A stretch of 20,890 bases of DNA from NCBI GenBank assembly GCA_043767805.1, contig JAYUGC010000185.1:1-20890 (forward strand), read 5' to 3'. Below, one piece after another: positions 1-9,428 of this stretch. The translations under genes and the position numbers were made by a program. The stretch's first letter is position 1. Every line of letters starts with the position of its first letter. Source of the stretch: Pseudomonadota bacterium (GTDB taxonomy: Bacteria; Bdellovibrionota; FAC87; UBA2466). Below the pieces are notes generated by a model, which searched no databases, was not told the origin of the DNA, and saw only the letters and a program-made list of their open reading frames with translations.

Positions 1-60
1 CCCACGGTGTATCGATGAGGAAGCCGTATGCGTAAATAGCGCCAGTACGGTTTTAATGGG

Positions 61-85
61 GGCGGGCCCCGCAAGGGGTCCCGCC
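61..85. other. GC-rich stem-loop with GCAA tetraloop (possible terminator of an upstream transcript or RNA-stabilising hairpin)
   Basis: GGCGGG-CCCC-GCAA-GGGG-T-CCCGCC forms a 10-bp stem with one bulged T and a GNRA loop. There is no clean U-tract after it on either strand, so terminator function is uncertain. Confidence 0.4.
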
Positions 86-335
86 TACCTACATAAATCC
101 GAAACGACAGCGTAGAGGTTTTTGGGGTGGGGTTGGGGCCGTTAGCAGCGGGCAGGGGACAAAGGGCAGCATGGGAGGGTTGGCGCCGCCACGTAAGCTT
201 GACGCTCGACTAACCCGACGCCAAGCCCATGGCGCCGCCGCCAGAGTCGGAAGCCTCCTCATCCCCTTAAGCAAAGCGCTAGCGTCCAGCCTCACGCAAT
301 TGTGCGACTAGCGCTCCGCGCGACGCCTACGATCT

Positions 336-351
336 CGCCAAAAATCTGACG
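336..351. promoter_or_regulatory. Candidate upstream activator sequence for a sigma54 enhancer-binding protein (FleQ/FlrA-like)
   Basis: CGCCA-AAAATC-TGACG is an imperfect CGTCA-N6-TGACG dyad with an A-rich centre, about 60 nt upstream of the -24 element. It resembles the FleQ box GTCAATAAATTGAC. Confidence 0.35.
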
Positions 352-410
352 CTCCTTCCGAGTCTCTGACGTAGAAAAGTTTGTCCCCTGCCTAAACGCC
401 GTGTGAATCC

Positions 411-426
411 TGGCACTGGCCTTGCA
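411..426 (+). promoter_or_regulatory. Sigma54 (RpoN) -24/-12 promoter of the fliL operon
   Basis: TGGCAC-TGGCC-TTGCA is an exact match to TGGCAC-N5-TTGCW, 73 nt upstream of the fliL ATG. Confidence 0.9.
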
Positions 427-499
427 CAGTGATCTCCTGCCCACCCGTCTATCCAAAATTTAAAAACGTAAGCTGATTTGAAAAGGCACAGGGGGTTCC

Positions 500-1066
500 A
501 TGGCTCAACCGGCAGCCAAACCAACGTCGTCCGTCGACCGTAGAACAGAGACCGCCACCACCGCGGCTGAAAAACCGCGCGCGGACATCTTGAGTCTCGT
601 CATTTTCGGGCTCGTCTCGCTCAACCTCGCCGCCGTCGGCGGTATGGGCTACTTCTTGAAGAATCTCTGGACGCAGCTGCGCGAAGTGCAGCAGCAACAA
701 GAGCTCCTTAAGGCAGCCAAGCTGCAAGAGCCGGCCCCCGGCCGCGAGCCCAAAGCTCCGGAAATCGGCGTGCTCTATCCCATCGAGAGCTTTCTCGTGA
801 ACATCAATAGCGATCAGGGACCCAAGTTCCTGCAGACACAGATGGAGTTCGAGCTCGGCGACCCCGCGCTGGAAAACGAGATTGCCCGCAAAAAGCCGGC
901 GCTCCGCGATGCGATTTTGCTCATCCTTTCTAGCCGCGCCTACAAAGAGCTCCGCGACCCGAACGGGATGAAGCGTCTGCGCGGCGACATCCTCCAGTCC
1001 ATCAACAGTCAGCTCACCACGGGCCGCGTGAAGAATATTTACTTCACTCAGTTCCATTTCAACTAG
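500..1066 (+). CDS. fliL: Flagellar basal body-associated protein FliL
   Basis: Single N-terminal TM helix; motifs FLVNIN, LRDAILLILSS and C-terminal VKNIYFTQF; lies directly before fliM. Confidence 0.92.
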   Translation: MAQPAAKPTSSVDRRTETATTAAEKPRADILSLVIFGLVSLNLAAVGGMGYFLKNLWTQLREVQQQQELLKAAKLQEPAPGREPKAPEIGVLYPIESFLVNINSDQGPKFLQTQMEFELGDPALENEIARKKPALRDAILLILSSRAYKELRDPNGMKRLRGDILQSINSQLTTGRVKNIYFTQFHFN

Positions 1067-1076
1067 AGGGGCAGCC

Positions 1077-2063
1077 ATGTCGGAAGTCCTATCCCAATCA
1101 GAAATCGACGCCCTTTTAGCCGCGGTCTCCACCGGAGATCTCAAGACGGAAGAAGAGGGAAAGATCGAGACGCAGATCGACTGGATCGCCTACGATCTGA
1201 CGTCTCAGGAAAAGATCGTCCGCAGCCGATTCGTGGCTTTGGAAGGCATTCACGATCGCTTCTCCAGTCTCTTTCGCGTCACGCTCTCCAGCATGCTGAA
1301 GCGCCCCGTAACCGTGAACTGCATCAACACCGATTTCTTGCGCTTCGGCGACTATCTCACCAACATTCTCCTGCCGACGTCCCTGAACGTCATGGTCATG
1401 CCCAATCTCAAAGGCCACGCCATCATGGTGGTCAGCTCCAAGCTCACTTACGCCCTAGTCGATGCCTACTACGGCGGCTCCGAGCGGCCATTCTCCAAAA
1501 TCGGCGGCCGGGAAGAGTTCACTAGCGTCGAGAATAAGCTCATCAACAAAGTCGTCGAAGGCGCCATCGTCGACTTGAAATCCGCCTGGAAGCTCAACTA
1601 CCCAGTGGAGTTCGCGTTCCAGCGTTCGGAGTCCAATCCGCAGTTCGTCGGGTCCATCCACGCGTCCGAGCTCGTGGCGGTAGTGAGCTTCGAAGTCGAG
1701 TTCGAGAATCTCTCCGGCCCGTTCGTGCTCATCATTCAGCTCTCCGCCCTGGAATCCGTGCAGAGCTACTTGAGCGTGAATCTCATCAGCGACATCTCCA
1801 GCGACGCGGCCCAATGGCGCGAGCACTGGCACCGCGAGATCATGACCACCGAGCTTGATGTGCGCGCGGAGCTCGGCACGGCCGCTCGCTCCCTCAGGGA
1901 AATTCATGCTTTGAAGGCGGGCGATAAAATGCTCCTCCTTCAAGACGCCGCTAGCCCCGTCCAGATTTACCTCGAAGGGCTGCCGAAGATGACGGGACTC
2001 ATGGGAACTTACCGCGGCAATTCCGCCGTACGGGTCAGCGACACAATCGCGCCCCGGCAATAA
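1077..2063 (+). CDS. fliM: Flagellar motor switch protein FliM
   Basis: N-terminal CheY-binding motif LSQSEIDALL, then YDL, ESNPQFV and a C-terminal SpoA-like domain. Confidence 0.96.
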   Translation: MSEVLSQSEIDALLAAVSTGDLKTEEEGKIETQIDWIAYDLTSQEKIVRSRFVALEGIHDRFSSLFRVTLSSMLKRPVTVNCINTDFLRFGDYLTNILLPTSLNVMVMPNLKGHAIMVVSSKLTYALVDAYYGGSERPFSKIGGREEFTSVENKLINKVVEGAIVDLKSAWKLNYPVEFAFQRSESNPQFVGSIHASELVAVVSFEVEFENLSGPFVLIIQLSALESVQSYLSVNLISDISSDAAQWREHWHREIMTTELDVRAELGTAARSLREIHALKAGDKMLLLQDAASPVQIYLEGLPKMTGLMGTYRGNSAVRVSDTIAPRQ

Positions 2064-2085
2064 TTTCGATCTAACGGAGGCTAAG

Positions 2086-2442
2086 ATGGATAGCGCCAAT
2101 GCGCCGAAAACGAACCCGCCCACCCCGCCTACGGGCGAGAACAAGGATTTCGCGCTGCACGCGAAGGTTCAGGGCAACGAGAGCGATCTCGAAGTGATTC
2201 TGGATATCCCGCTCCGCGTGAGCGTGGAGCTCGGCCGGACGAAAATTCTCGTCCAGGATCTCCTGAAATTGCACCGCGGCAGCGTCGTCGAGCTCAGTAA
2301 GCTCGCGGGAGACGCTCTCGAGGTGCTGGTGAATGACAAAGTCGTCGCCCGGGGCGAGGTCATCGTGGTGAACGAGAAGTTCGGCGTGCGCCTGACGGAG
2401 ATCGTCAGCCACGACCAACGCATCCGCCAGCTGGGAGGCTAA
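2086..2442 (+). CDS. fliN: Flagellar motor switch protein FliN
   Basis: ILDIPLRVSVELGRT...LAGDALEVLVN...ARGEVIVVNEKFGVRLTEI; GGAGG SD upstream. Confidence 0.97.
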   Translation: MDSANAPKTNPPTPPTGENKDFALHAKVQGNESDLEVILDIPLRVSVELGRTKILVQDLLKLHRGSVVELSKLAGDALEVLVNDKVVARGEVIVVNEKFGVRLTEIVSHDQRIRQLGG

Positions 2443-2447
2443 GCGCC

Positions 2448-3275
2448 ATGAAACGAATCCTGCTTGCCTTGGCTCTAGTCGCGCCGCTTTTCGCTCACGC
2501 CGATCCCAAGCTCATGGCCGTCGAAACGACGGGAAGCGATAGCGTGCGCCTCCTCTTCCGGACGGACTCTCCGGCCCGGGACGTGCCCCGCGTTTCCTAT
2601 AAGGACAACGTCATCGAGTTGTCCTTTGCCGGCATGACCCTGGACGAGGGCAAGAAGATCGATCTCGTTTCTCCCCACGTCCTCATTCAGCGCATCAGCG
2701 TCTTTGAGCCGGAAAAAGGGAAAGTTAAAGCCAATATCATCGTTAACGGCTCGGTGGAAAAGCTCAAAGAGCGGGTGAGCTTCACGAAGTCCGAAAACGG
2801 CGTGGCCTTTTCCCTCACGGTTCCCGAAGGGCAAAACCCCACGCTCACGCTTCTCAAGGAAGAACAGCTTCCTCTCGCGCGCGAAGCGGCGGGCGGTGCC
2901 GTGCCCAAAGCGGCGACCCGGTGGGGCGAGGCTCTCGTTCCCTTCGTCCTCTTCTGCTTCCTACTGGTGGGGTCTGCGGTCGGGTACCGTTACCTCAAAG
3001 GGAAGGGCAAGCTCGGCGGAACGCGCAAATTTCTCGTTGAGACTGTAAGCTATAGTCCCATCGGCCACGGCGGAAAAGCCGGCGTGAGCCTGGTGCGTGT
3101 CGGCACCGATTTCTTTTTGGTGGGAGTGACGGCCAATCAGGTCAATCTCATCTCCGCGATGCCCCAGCTCGGAACCCAATACAAAGAAGAGACCAAGCTC
3201 GAGCGTGAGAGTTTCCAGGAAGCGGTTTCCCAGGAAGTGAACCGTATGCGAGGCGATAAGAGGTACTCCGCATGA
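2448..3275 (+). CDS. fliO: FliO with an extended N-terminal periplasmic (AMIN-like) domain
   Basis: Lies between fliN and fliP. Signal peptide (..LFAHA), beta-rich domain, TM helix, then the FliO core (VSLVRVGTDFFLVGVTANQVNLI). Confidence 0.8.
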   Translation: MKRILLALALVAPLFAHADPKLMAVETTGSDSVRLLFRTDSPARDVPRVSYKDNVIELSFAGMTLDEGKKIDLVSPHVLIQRISVFEPEKGKVKANIIVNGSVEKLKERVSFTKSENGVAFSLTVPEGQNPTLTLLKEEQLPLAREAAGGAVPKAATRWGEALVPFVLFCFLLVGSAVGYRYLKGKGKLGGTRKFLVETVSYSPIGHGGKAGVSLVRVGTDFFLVGVTANQVNLISAMPQLGTQYKEETKLERESFQEAVSQEVNRMRGDKRYSA

Positions 3276-4018
3276 TGCCGGGCTTAGGACATATTGGATG
3301 GAAGATCCTCGGCATGGCGAACCTCGCCCTGGCCGAGAGCCCGTCGTCGCTCTTCCCAGTTCAGATTAACGTCGGAGGCGCCTCGGGCGAACAGACCGCC
3401 ATGGCGCTGAAAATCGTCGCGCTCATGACCATCCTGGCGCTTGCGCCGTCCATCCTCATCATGACGACGTCTTTCGTCCGAATCGTCATCGTGTTCTCGT
3501 TTCTCCGCCAAGCCATCGGCACCCAAGTGCTTCCGCCGAATCAGCTCATCGTGGGACTCTCGCTCTTTCTCACCGCCTTCGTCATGGCCCCCATCGGCAA
3601 AGGCATTTATGAGGAGGCGCTGGGGCCCTATTTGAACAACCAGCTCTCCAGCCGGGAGGCGCTCGCCTATACGGAGACGAGTTTGCGCGGCTTCATGTTC
3701 AAGCAGACCCGCGACAAAGACATCGGTCTCTTCGTGAAGCTCTCCAAGATGGCCAAGCCCGAAAAACGCGCTGACGTTCCCACCTATCTTCTCGTCCCGG
3801 CCTTCATGATTTCCGAGCTGAAGACCGCCTTCCAGATCGGGTTCATGATCTATATCCCGTTTCTGGTCATAGATATGGTGGTCGCCTCCGTGCTCATGGC
3901 CATGGGCATGATGATGCTACCGCCCGTCATCATTTCGCTGCCCTTCAAGCTGATTCTCTTCGTTCTCGTCGATGGATGGGGCCTCATCGTGGGCTCCGTC
4001 GTGAAAAGCTTCGGTTAA
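3272..4018 (+). CDS. fliP: Flagellar export gate protein FliP
   Basis: LAPSILIMTTSFVRI, PPNQ, PAFMISELKTAFQIGF, MGMMMLPP and PFKLILFVLVDGW motifs; ATGA overlap with the fliO stop. Confidence 0.98.
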   Translation: MMPGLGHIGWKILGMANLALAESPSSLFPVQINVGGASGEQTAMALKIVALMTILALAPSILIMTTSFVRIVIVFSFLRQAIGTQVLPPNQLIVGLSLFLTAFVMAPIGKGIYEEALGPYLNNQLSSREALAYTETSLRGFMFKQTRDKDIGLFVKLSKMAKPEKRADVPTYLLVPAFMISELKTAFQIGFMIYIPFLVIDMVVASVLMAMGMMMLPPVIISLPFKLILFVLVDGWGLIVGSVVKSFG

Positions 4019-4057
4019 GCTCTCAGAGCATCTATTCGCTTTCTCGAGGTACTCCCC

Positions 4058-4327
4058 ATGCAAACGGAACATGTCCTGGATATCACCCGTCAGGCGTTGA
4101 AGACCGCCTGCCTGCTCTCCGCCCCGATCCTCATTTTCGGACTCGTGGTCGGCGTCGCGACGAACGTCTTCCAGGCCGTGACCCAGATCAGTGAGACGAC
4201 CCTGGCCGTGGTTCCTAAGATTCTCGCGATGATGCTCGCTTTCGTTCTGTTCTCGCCCTGGATGATCGACATTATTTCCGACTTCACGACCCAGCTCTTC
4301 ACCAGCATCCCCAACGTAATCCGATGA
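4058..4327 (+). CDS. fliQ: Flagellar export gate protein FliQ
   Basis: 89 aa; GLVVG..FQAVTQISETTLAVVPK and PWM motifs. Confidence 0.96.
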   Translation: MQTEHVLDITRQALKTACLLSAPILIFGLVVGVATNVFQAVTQISETTLAVVPKILAMMLAFVLFSPWMIDIISDFTTQLFTSIPNVIR

Positions 4328-4346
4328 ATCCTCGTTTCAAGTCACT

Positions 4347-5132
4347 ATGAGCATATATTTCCCTCAAGACTGGACCGTTCTCCTAAGAATCGTTACGGTA
4401 TTTTTCCGTCTTCTTGGGCTTTTCATCTTCGTTCCCTTTTTCAGCCACCACACCATCCCGAACCGCATGCGGCTGATGCTCGCCATCGCGCTCACCTTCG
4501 CGCTCTTTCCCCTCGTCGAGAAGTACGTCGCGCCTCTGCCACCGGGAGTAGGAGGTTTGGCCCTCGTCGTCTTGAGGGAAAGCGTCATCGGGCTTCTCCT
4601 CGGCTTCACGGCCTATCTCACCTTCGAGTCCATTCATCTCGGCGCCCAGTTCATCGGCTATCAGATGGGCTTTGGCGCGGCGGGCGTGCTCGATCCGTCG
4701 CATTCTAAGGAAATGTCCGTGATGGTGCCCCTACAGGGCTGGCTGGCGCTCATGGTCTTTCTGATGGCCGACATGCACCATCAGATGATCGGCATCTTCG
4801 TCAGAAGCTTCGAGACCACGGCCATCATGCACCACGATTTCGGCACGAGCCTTCCGCTCTTGAATCTCATCGTGGCCAAGGCGGGCGGTCTTTTCCTGCT
4901 CGCCATTCAAATGGCCGCGCCTTTCAGCCTCGTGATTCTCGCGTGCAACGTTCTCATGGGTGTGCTGGCGCGCTTACTTCCCCAGATGAACGTCCTCCTT
5001 TTTAGTTTTCCGGTGACGATCCTGTTTGGTATCGCGGCGCTCTATATAGTCGCCCCAGAGATGCTCGACTTCTTCGAGGATCGTCTGGGCGGGATGAGTG
5101 CCGACATGATGGAAATGCTCAGAGTCCTCTAA
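4347..5132 (+). CDS. fliR: Flagellar export gate protein FliR
   Basis: Polytopic membrane protein with ESVIG, GYQMGF and RLLPQMNVL..FP motifs; between fliQ and flhB. Confidence 0.95.
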   Translation: MSIYFPQDWTVLLRIVTVFFRLLGLFIFVPFFSHHTIPNRMRLMLAIALTFALFPLVEKYVAPLPPGVGGLALVVLRESVIGLLLGFTAYLTFESIHLGAQFIGYQMGFGAAGVLDPSHSKEMSVMVPLQGWLALMVFLMADMHHQMIGIFVRSFETTAIMHHDFGTSLPLLNLIVAKAGGLFLLAIQMAAPFSLVILACNVLMGVLARLLPQMNVLLFSFPVTILFGIAALYIVAPEMLDFFEDRLGGMSADMMEMLRVL

Positions 5133-5135
5133 ACC

Positions 5136-6215
5136 ATGGCGCTATTCGGGGAAAATAACGACGACCGCACGGAAACAGCAAGTGCCTATCGGCGCGAGGA
5201 GTTCCGTAAACAGGGGAAGGTGGCGTTAAGCCGCGAGCTCGTCTCCGTCGCCATGCTGCTTTTGGTCGGCTGCGCGCTCTATTTCTCCGGCGCGCATATC
5301 TTCGAGCAGTTCGGTATCGTCACGAAACAATTCTTTCGTTTCGATAAAGTCGGCGTGTTCGATAAAGCCGATATCGTGGGCTTCACCCAGGTCGTTGTGA
5401 AATCCTGGGCTTGGGCTTGTGCTCCGATTTTCCTCGTCGGCATCCTGACCGCTATTGGCGCGGCCGTCGCGCAAGTGGGCTTTCAAGTGACCTGGGAGCC
5501 GCTCTCTCCGAACTGGGAGCGCATCAATCCGCTCACCGGCATGGGTCGGCTCTTTTCCGGAAAGAGCATCGTCGAGGCCATCAAGGGCATCGTTAAGCTG
5601 ACCGTCGGGGGATGGCTCCTCTGGACCTTCATGAAAGGGCTCGCCCCCATCGCGGGCACCCTGTTCAAGCGCGACGTCGCCGAGGGGCTTCTTCTCTCCA
5701 TTCAGCTTGTCGGGAAAATGTTTTTGTGGCTGGTCGGTGCCTTTTCGGTGCTGGCGGCGATGGACTACGGCTACCAGCGCTGGAATCTCGAAAAAGAGAT
5801 GAAGATGACCAAGCGGGAAGCCAAAGACGAATTCAAGCTGCGTGAAGGCGATCCGCTCATCAAGAGCCGTATCCGCACCCTCCAGCGCCGCATCCGCAAC
5901 CGCCGTATGATGGAAGACGTTCCGAAGGCGGACGTCATCGTAACCAACCCGACTCACTTCGCGGTCGCGCTAAAGTACGACCCAACCGTCATGGCCTCTC
6001 CTCGGGTCGTGGCGAAGGGCGCCGACCTCATGGCGAAACGCATCAGAGAGATCGCGCGCGAGCACCGCGTGCCTATCGTCGAGAACAAGCCGCTCGCGCG
6101 GACGCTTTTCAAGGAAGTCGAAGTCGGCGGCTCGGTTCCCCGGGAACTCTATAAAGCCGTCGCTCAAGTCTTGTCCTACGTCTATCGGCTCAAAGGCCGC
6201 ATGTCCGTAGCCTAA
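5136..6215 (+). CDS. flhB: Flagellar export specificity switch FlhB
   Basis: Autocleavage motif NPTH (VTNPTHFAVAL), plus EGDPLIKSRIR and ENKPLAR. Confidence 0.98.
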   Translation: MALFGENNDDRTETASAYRREEFRKQGKVALSRELVSVAMLLLVGCALYFSGAHIFEQFGIVTKQFFRFDKVGVFDKADIVGFTQVVVKSWAWACAPIFLVGILTAIGAAVAQVGFQVTWEPLSPNWERINPLTGMGRLFSGKSIVEAIKGIVKLTVGGWLLWTFMKGLAPIAGTLFKRDVAEGLLLSIQLVGKMFLWLVGAFSVLAAMDYGYQRWNLEKEMKMTKREAKDEFKLREGDPLIKSRIRTLQRRIRNRRMMEDVPKADVIVTNPTHFAVALKYDPTVMASPRVVAKGADLMAKRIREIAREHRVPIVENKPLARTLFKEVEVGGSVPRELYKAVAQVLSYVYRLKGRMSVA

Positions 6216-6227
6216 TTGGAGTCATAA

Positions 6228-8300
6228 ATGGCCACCGAGACAAAAGGTTTCAGCATAGCCCGGCTCACGAAGCACAGCGACCTGATGGTCGCCTTCGGCG
6301 TGCTGGGTACCTTGCTCGTCATGATTCTGCCGATTCCGGCCTGGCTCATGGACATGCTTTTTGTGCTCAGCATCACCATGAGCATCTCGATTCTCCTCGT
6401 CTCGGTGTACGCCGGCCGTCCTCTCGATTTCTCCGTCTTTCCGACGGTTCTCCTTTTCTCAACGTTATTTCGTCTTTCTCTGAACGTTGCCTCCACGCGC
6501 CTGGTCCTCCTCCATGGCCATGAAGGGACTTCAGCCGCGGGACACGTCATCGAGACATTCGGGAATCTGGTCGTGGGCGGTTCCTACGTCGTAGGGCTCG
6601 TCGTTTTCGTTCTGCTCATCATCATCAACTTCGTCGTCATCACCAAAGGCGCGGGCCGCGTGGCGGAAGTCGCCGCTCGCTTCATCCTGGACTCCATGCC
6701 TGGTAAACAGATGGCGATCGACGCCGATCTGAACGCCGGCCTCATTAATGAGGAAGAAGCCAGAAAGCGCCGCAAGCGGATTGAAGCCGAAGCGGACTTT
6801 TACGGAGCCATGGACGGCGCCAGTAAGTTCGTCCGCGGCGATGCGATCGCGGGCATTCTCATTACGCTCGTCAATATCATTGGCGGCTTTGCGATCGGCC
6901 TTTTTCAAAAGGGCTTGGGTCTAAGTCAGGCCGCGGAAATCTATACGCTCATGACCATCGGCGATGGTCTCGTGACGCAAATTCCTTCGCTCATCGTTTC
7001 GACCGCCGCTGGTATCATCGTGACCCGCGCCGCCTCGGGAGAGGACTTCTCTAAGGAAGTTGCCAAGCAAATCTTCCTCCAACCCCGCGCCATCGGCGTG
7101 ACCTCCGGCATCCTGTTCTTGATTGGCGTCATGCCGGGACTGCCGGGCTTCCCGTTCTTCGCGGCAGCGCTGGTTACAGGAGGGATCTCCTGGGCCGTCT
7201 CGCGGAGCAAGAAGGTGGAAGTTGCGGAGGCCAAGGCCAACGAGATCAAGACCGCCGAAACTTCGGCGCACGAAACCAACGTCCCGCCCGAAGTGGACGC
7301 GCTCGAGCTGCAAGTGGGTTACGGCTTGGTTTCCTTAGTCGAAGGCAGCGGCGACCTGGTCGATCGCATTTACCAGCTACGTAAGGAATTCGCCAAAGAT
7401 CTGGGCATCATCGTTCCCAAAGTCCGCATTCAGGATAACCTCGAGCTCCAGCCCGCTCAGTACTCACTGCTCATCCGTGGCGTTCCCGTGGGGGGAGGCG
7501 AGCTTATGAACGGGTATCTGCTCGCCATGGACTCCGGCAATGTCGAGCGTCCGATCAACGGCGTCGAGACGAAAGAACCGGTCTTCGGGCTGCCCGCCCT
7601 TTGGGTGAGTGAGAAACAGCGCGAGCAGGCGCAGATGGCCGGCTACACCGTGGTGGACTCCTCCACTATTTTGGCCACCCATCTTTCGGAAATCATCCGT
7701 AAGTTCGCTCACGAGCTATTGGGCCGCCAGGAACTGCAAACTCTCGTCGATAACTTGGCGAAAACCCGCCCGAAGGTGGTCGAGGATCTTATCCCGACGG
7801 TGATGCCTTTGGGTACGGTGCTCAAGGTTTGCCAAAATCTCCTTCGAGAGCAGGTGCCCATCCGCGACTTGCTGACCATCATGGAGACGCTCGCGAACCA
7901 CGGCGTCGGCCAAAAGGATCCGGAATCTCTGACCGAGTTCGCGCGGGGCGCGTTGGCCCGCACGATTACCAATCGCCTGACCCTCGGCACCCAGAGCCTC
8001 GAAGTGATCACCATGGCCCCGCGAACGGAAGAAGCGCTCATCCGGGCCTACCAGAGAAACGAGCACGGCCCTCAGCTGAACCTCGAGCCCGGCCACTTCG
8101 AGCGCTTGGTCACCCAAACCCAGAAGCTCATCGAGGGCACGGTGTTCAGCTCCGGTATCCCGGTACTTCTCTGTCACCCGCTCATCCGCAGCCAGCTGCG
8201 GAAATTGGTCGAACGGTTCATTCCGAATTTGACGATAGTTTCGGCGAACGAGATAGCGACGTTCGCCCGTGTGAAATCCCTTGGCAGTGTGGAGGCGTAG
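6228..8300 (+). CDS. flhA: Flagellar export apparatus protein FlhA
   Basis: FHIPEP motifs: RVAEVAARFILDSMPGKQMAIDADL, ADFYGAMDGASKFVRGDAIAG, IGDGLV.QIP. Confidence 0.99.
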   Translation: MATETKGFSIARLTKHSDLMVAFGVLGTLLVMILPIPAWLMDMLFVLSITMSISILLVSVYAGRPLDFSVFPTVLLFSTLFRLSLNVASTRLVLLHGHEGTSAAGHVIETFGNLVVGGSYVVGLVVFVLLIIINFVVITKGAGRVAEVAARFILDSMPGKQMAIDADLNAGLINEEEARKRRKRIEAEADFYGAMDGASKFVRGDAIAGILITLVNIIGGFAIGLFQKGLGLSQAAEIYTLMTIGDGLVTQIPSLIVSTAAGIIVTRAASGEDFSKEVAKQIFLQPRAIGVTSGILFLIGVMPGLPGFPFFAAALVTGGISWAVSRSKKVEVAEAKANEIKTAETSAHETNVPPEVDALELQVGYGLVSLVEGSGDLVDRIYQLRKEFAKDLGIIVPKVRIQDNLELQPAQYSLLIRGVPVGGGELMNGYLLAMDSGNVERPINGVETKEPVFGLPALWVSEKQREQAQMAGYTVVDSSTILATHLSEIIRKFAHELLGRQELQTLVDNLAKTRPKVVEDLIPTVMPLGTVLKVCQNLLREQVPIRDLLTIMETLANHGVGQKDPESLTEFARGALARTITNRLTLGTQSLEVITMAPRTEEALIRAYQRNEHGPQLNLEPGHFERLVTQTQKLIEGTVFSSGIPVLLCHPLIRSQLRKLVERFIPNLTIVSANEIATFARVKSLGSVEA

Positions 8301-8306
8301 TTCATT

Positions 8307-9428
8307 ATGATGGTGAAGCGTTACGAAGCTAGTTCTCTCGAAGAAGCCTTAGCCCAGGTGAAGCGGGACTTAGGCCCCGAAGCCCTCATTTTGTCGACGC
8401 ATCAGAAGCGCCGTACTTGGCTGCGCGCGCCTTTCGTGGAAGTGATGGCCGCGAAGGAGGCGACGCCCGCGCCGACCAAACAGGAAACTCAGCACGATTT
8501 GGACGAAGAAGCGCTCCGCAAGATTTTTCCTCACCGCCGCGGCAAGGAAAAGGAAACGCTCGAAGAAGCCATTGCTTCCAGTCCCGACATTCCGGCGGAA
8601 GAGACCTCCATTCGCCACACCCGGGTCTCGCGCTATAAGGATCTCGATAAGAAATCCAACGAGCTCCCCAAAGAAAGTCCGGGCGAGGCGTACATTGATC
8701 ATCTGACTCGTCTGGGCTTTAGCGATCCGACCGCGAAGGAAATCGCCCGGCGGATGATTTTCGACTATCCGAAGGAGGATAGGGCGGATGCGGCCATGCT
8801 CGCGAAAATCCGCACCCGCATCGCGGCCTCTTCGTTGCAGACGCTGTCTCCCAGCATTTTTGAGGCGCGCACCGTTTGGACCGCCATCGGTGTCGGCGGC
8901 GCTGGAAAGACCGCGAGTCTCGTGAAGCTCGCCATCGGGCTCAAGCGTCAGGGCTCTCACGTCTCTCTTATCGGCTGCGACAAACGCAAAGTCGTGGGCC
9001 AGAGGGAGCTCGCCACCTACGCCCGCTTGATTCAAGCGCCTTACTCGTCGGAGTTTCGCATCGAGCGCGGCCCGAAAAAGGTTCAGCTCATCGATACCCC
9101 CGCGCTGTCTTTCCAGAGCCCCGATCAGAACGCGGAAATCGGCGAAATCTGCCGTGGCACGAGCCCCTTTCTGGTCCTGGATGCGAGCGCACGCCTGAAA
9201 GAATCTTTACGCATCTGGGAAGTGGCGTCTCGCTTTCAGCCCGCCGCCATCGTCTTCACGCGCCTCGATCTCGTGAGCCAACCCGGCGTCATCCACGACG
9301 TTTTGAAGGCGACTCGCCTGCCGCTTCTCGGCGCTTCCGTCGGCGATTCATTCCGTACCCCTTTTCAATGGTATGAGCCCCGGTCCCTTGGGGAATTTCT
9401 CACCAACGCCCCGGGAGGCTCTCTATGA
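8307..9428 (+). CDS. flhF: FlhF-like SRP-family GTPase with degenerate G-motifs
   Basis: N-terminus MVKRYEASSLEEALAQVKRDLGPEALILST is typical of FlhF; P-loop GVGGAGKT; lies between flhA and flhG. Confidence 0.85.
   Translation: MMVKRYEASSLEEALAQVKRDLGPEALILSTHQKRRTWLRAPFVEVMAAKEATPAPTKQETQHDLDEEALRKIFPHRRGKEKETLEEAIASSPDIPAEETSIRHTRVSRYKDLDKKSNELPKESPGEAYIDHLTRLGFSDPTAKEIARRMIFDYPKEDRADAAMLAKIRTRIAASSLQTLSPSIFEARTVWTAIGVGGAGKTASLVKLAIGLKRQGSHVSLIGCDKRKVVGQRELATYARLIQAPYSSEFRIERGPKKVQLIDTPALSFQSPDQNAEIGEICRGTSPFLVLDASARLKESLRIWEVASRFQPAAIVFTRLDLVSQPGVIHDVLKATRLPLLGASVGDSFRTPFQWYEPRSLGEFLTNAPGGSL

Noticed and set aside
427..499. c-di-GMP riboswitch in the fliL leader
   Set aside because: The leader is short and lacks a recognisable GEMM two-hairpin architecture.
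89..524. Short minus-strand ORFs 89-295 and 327-524
   Set aside because: Low-complexity translations with no family motif; the second runs across the sigma54 promoter and the fliL start.
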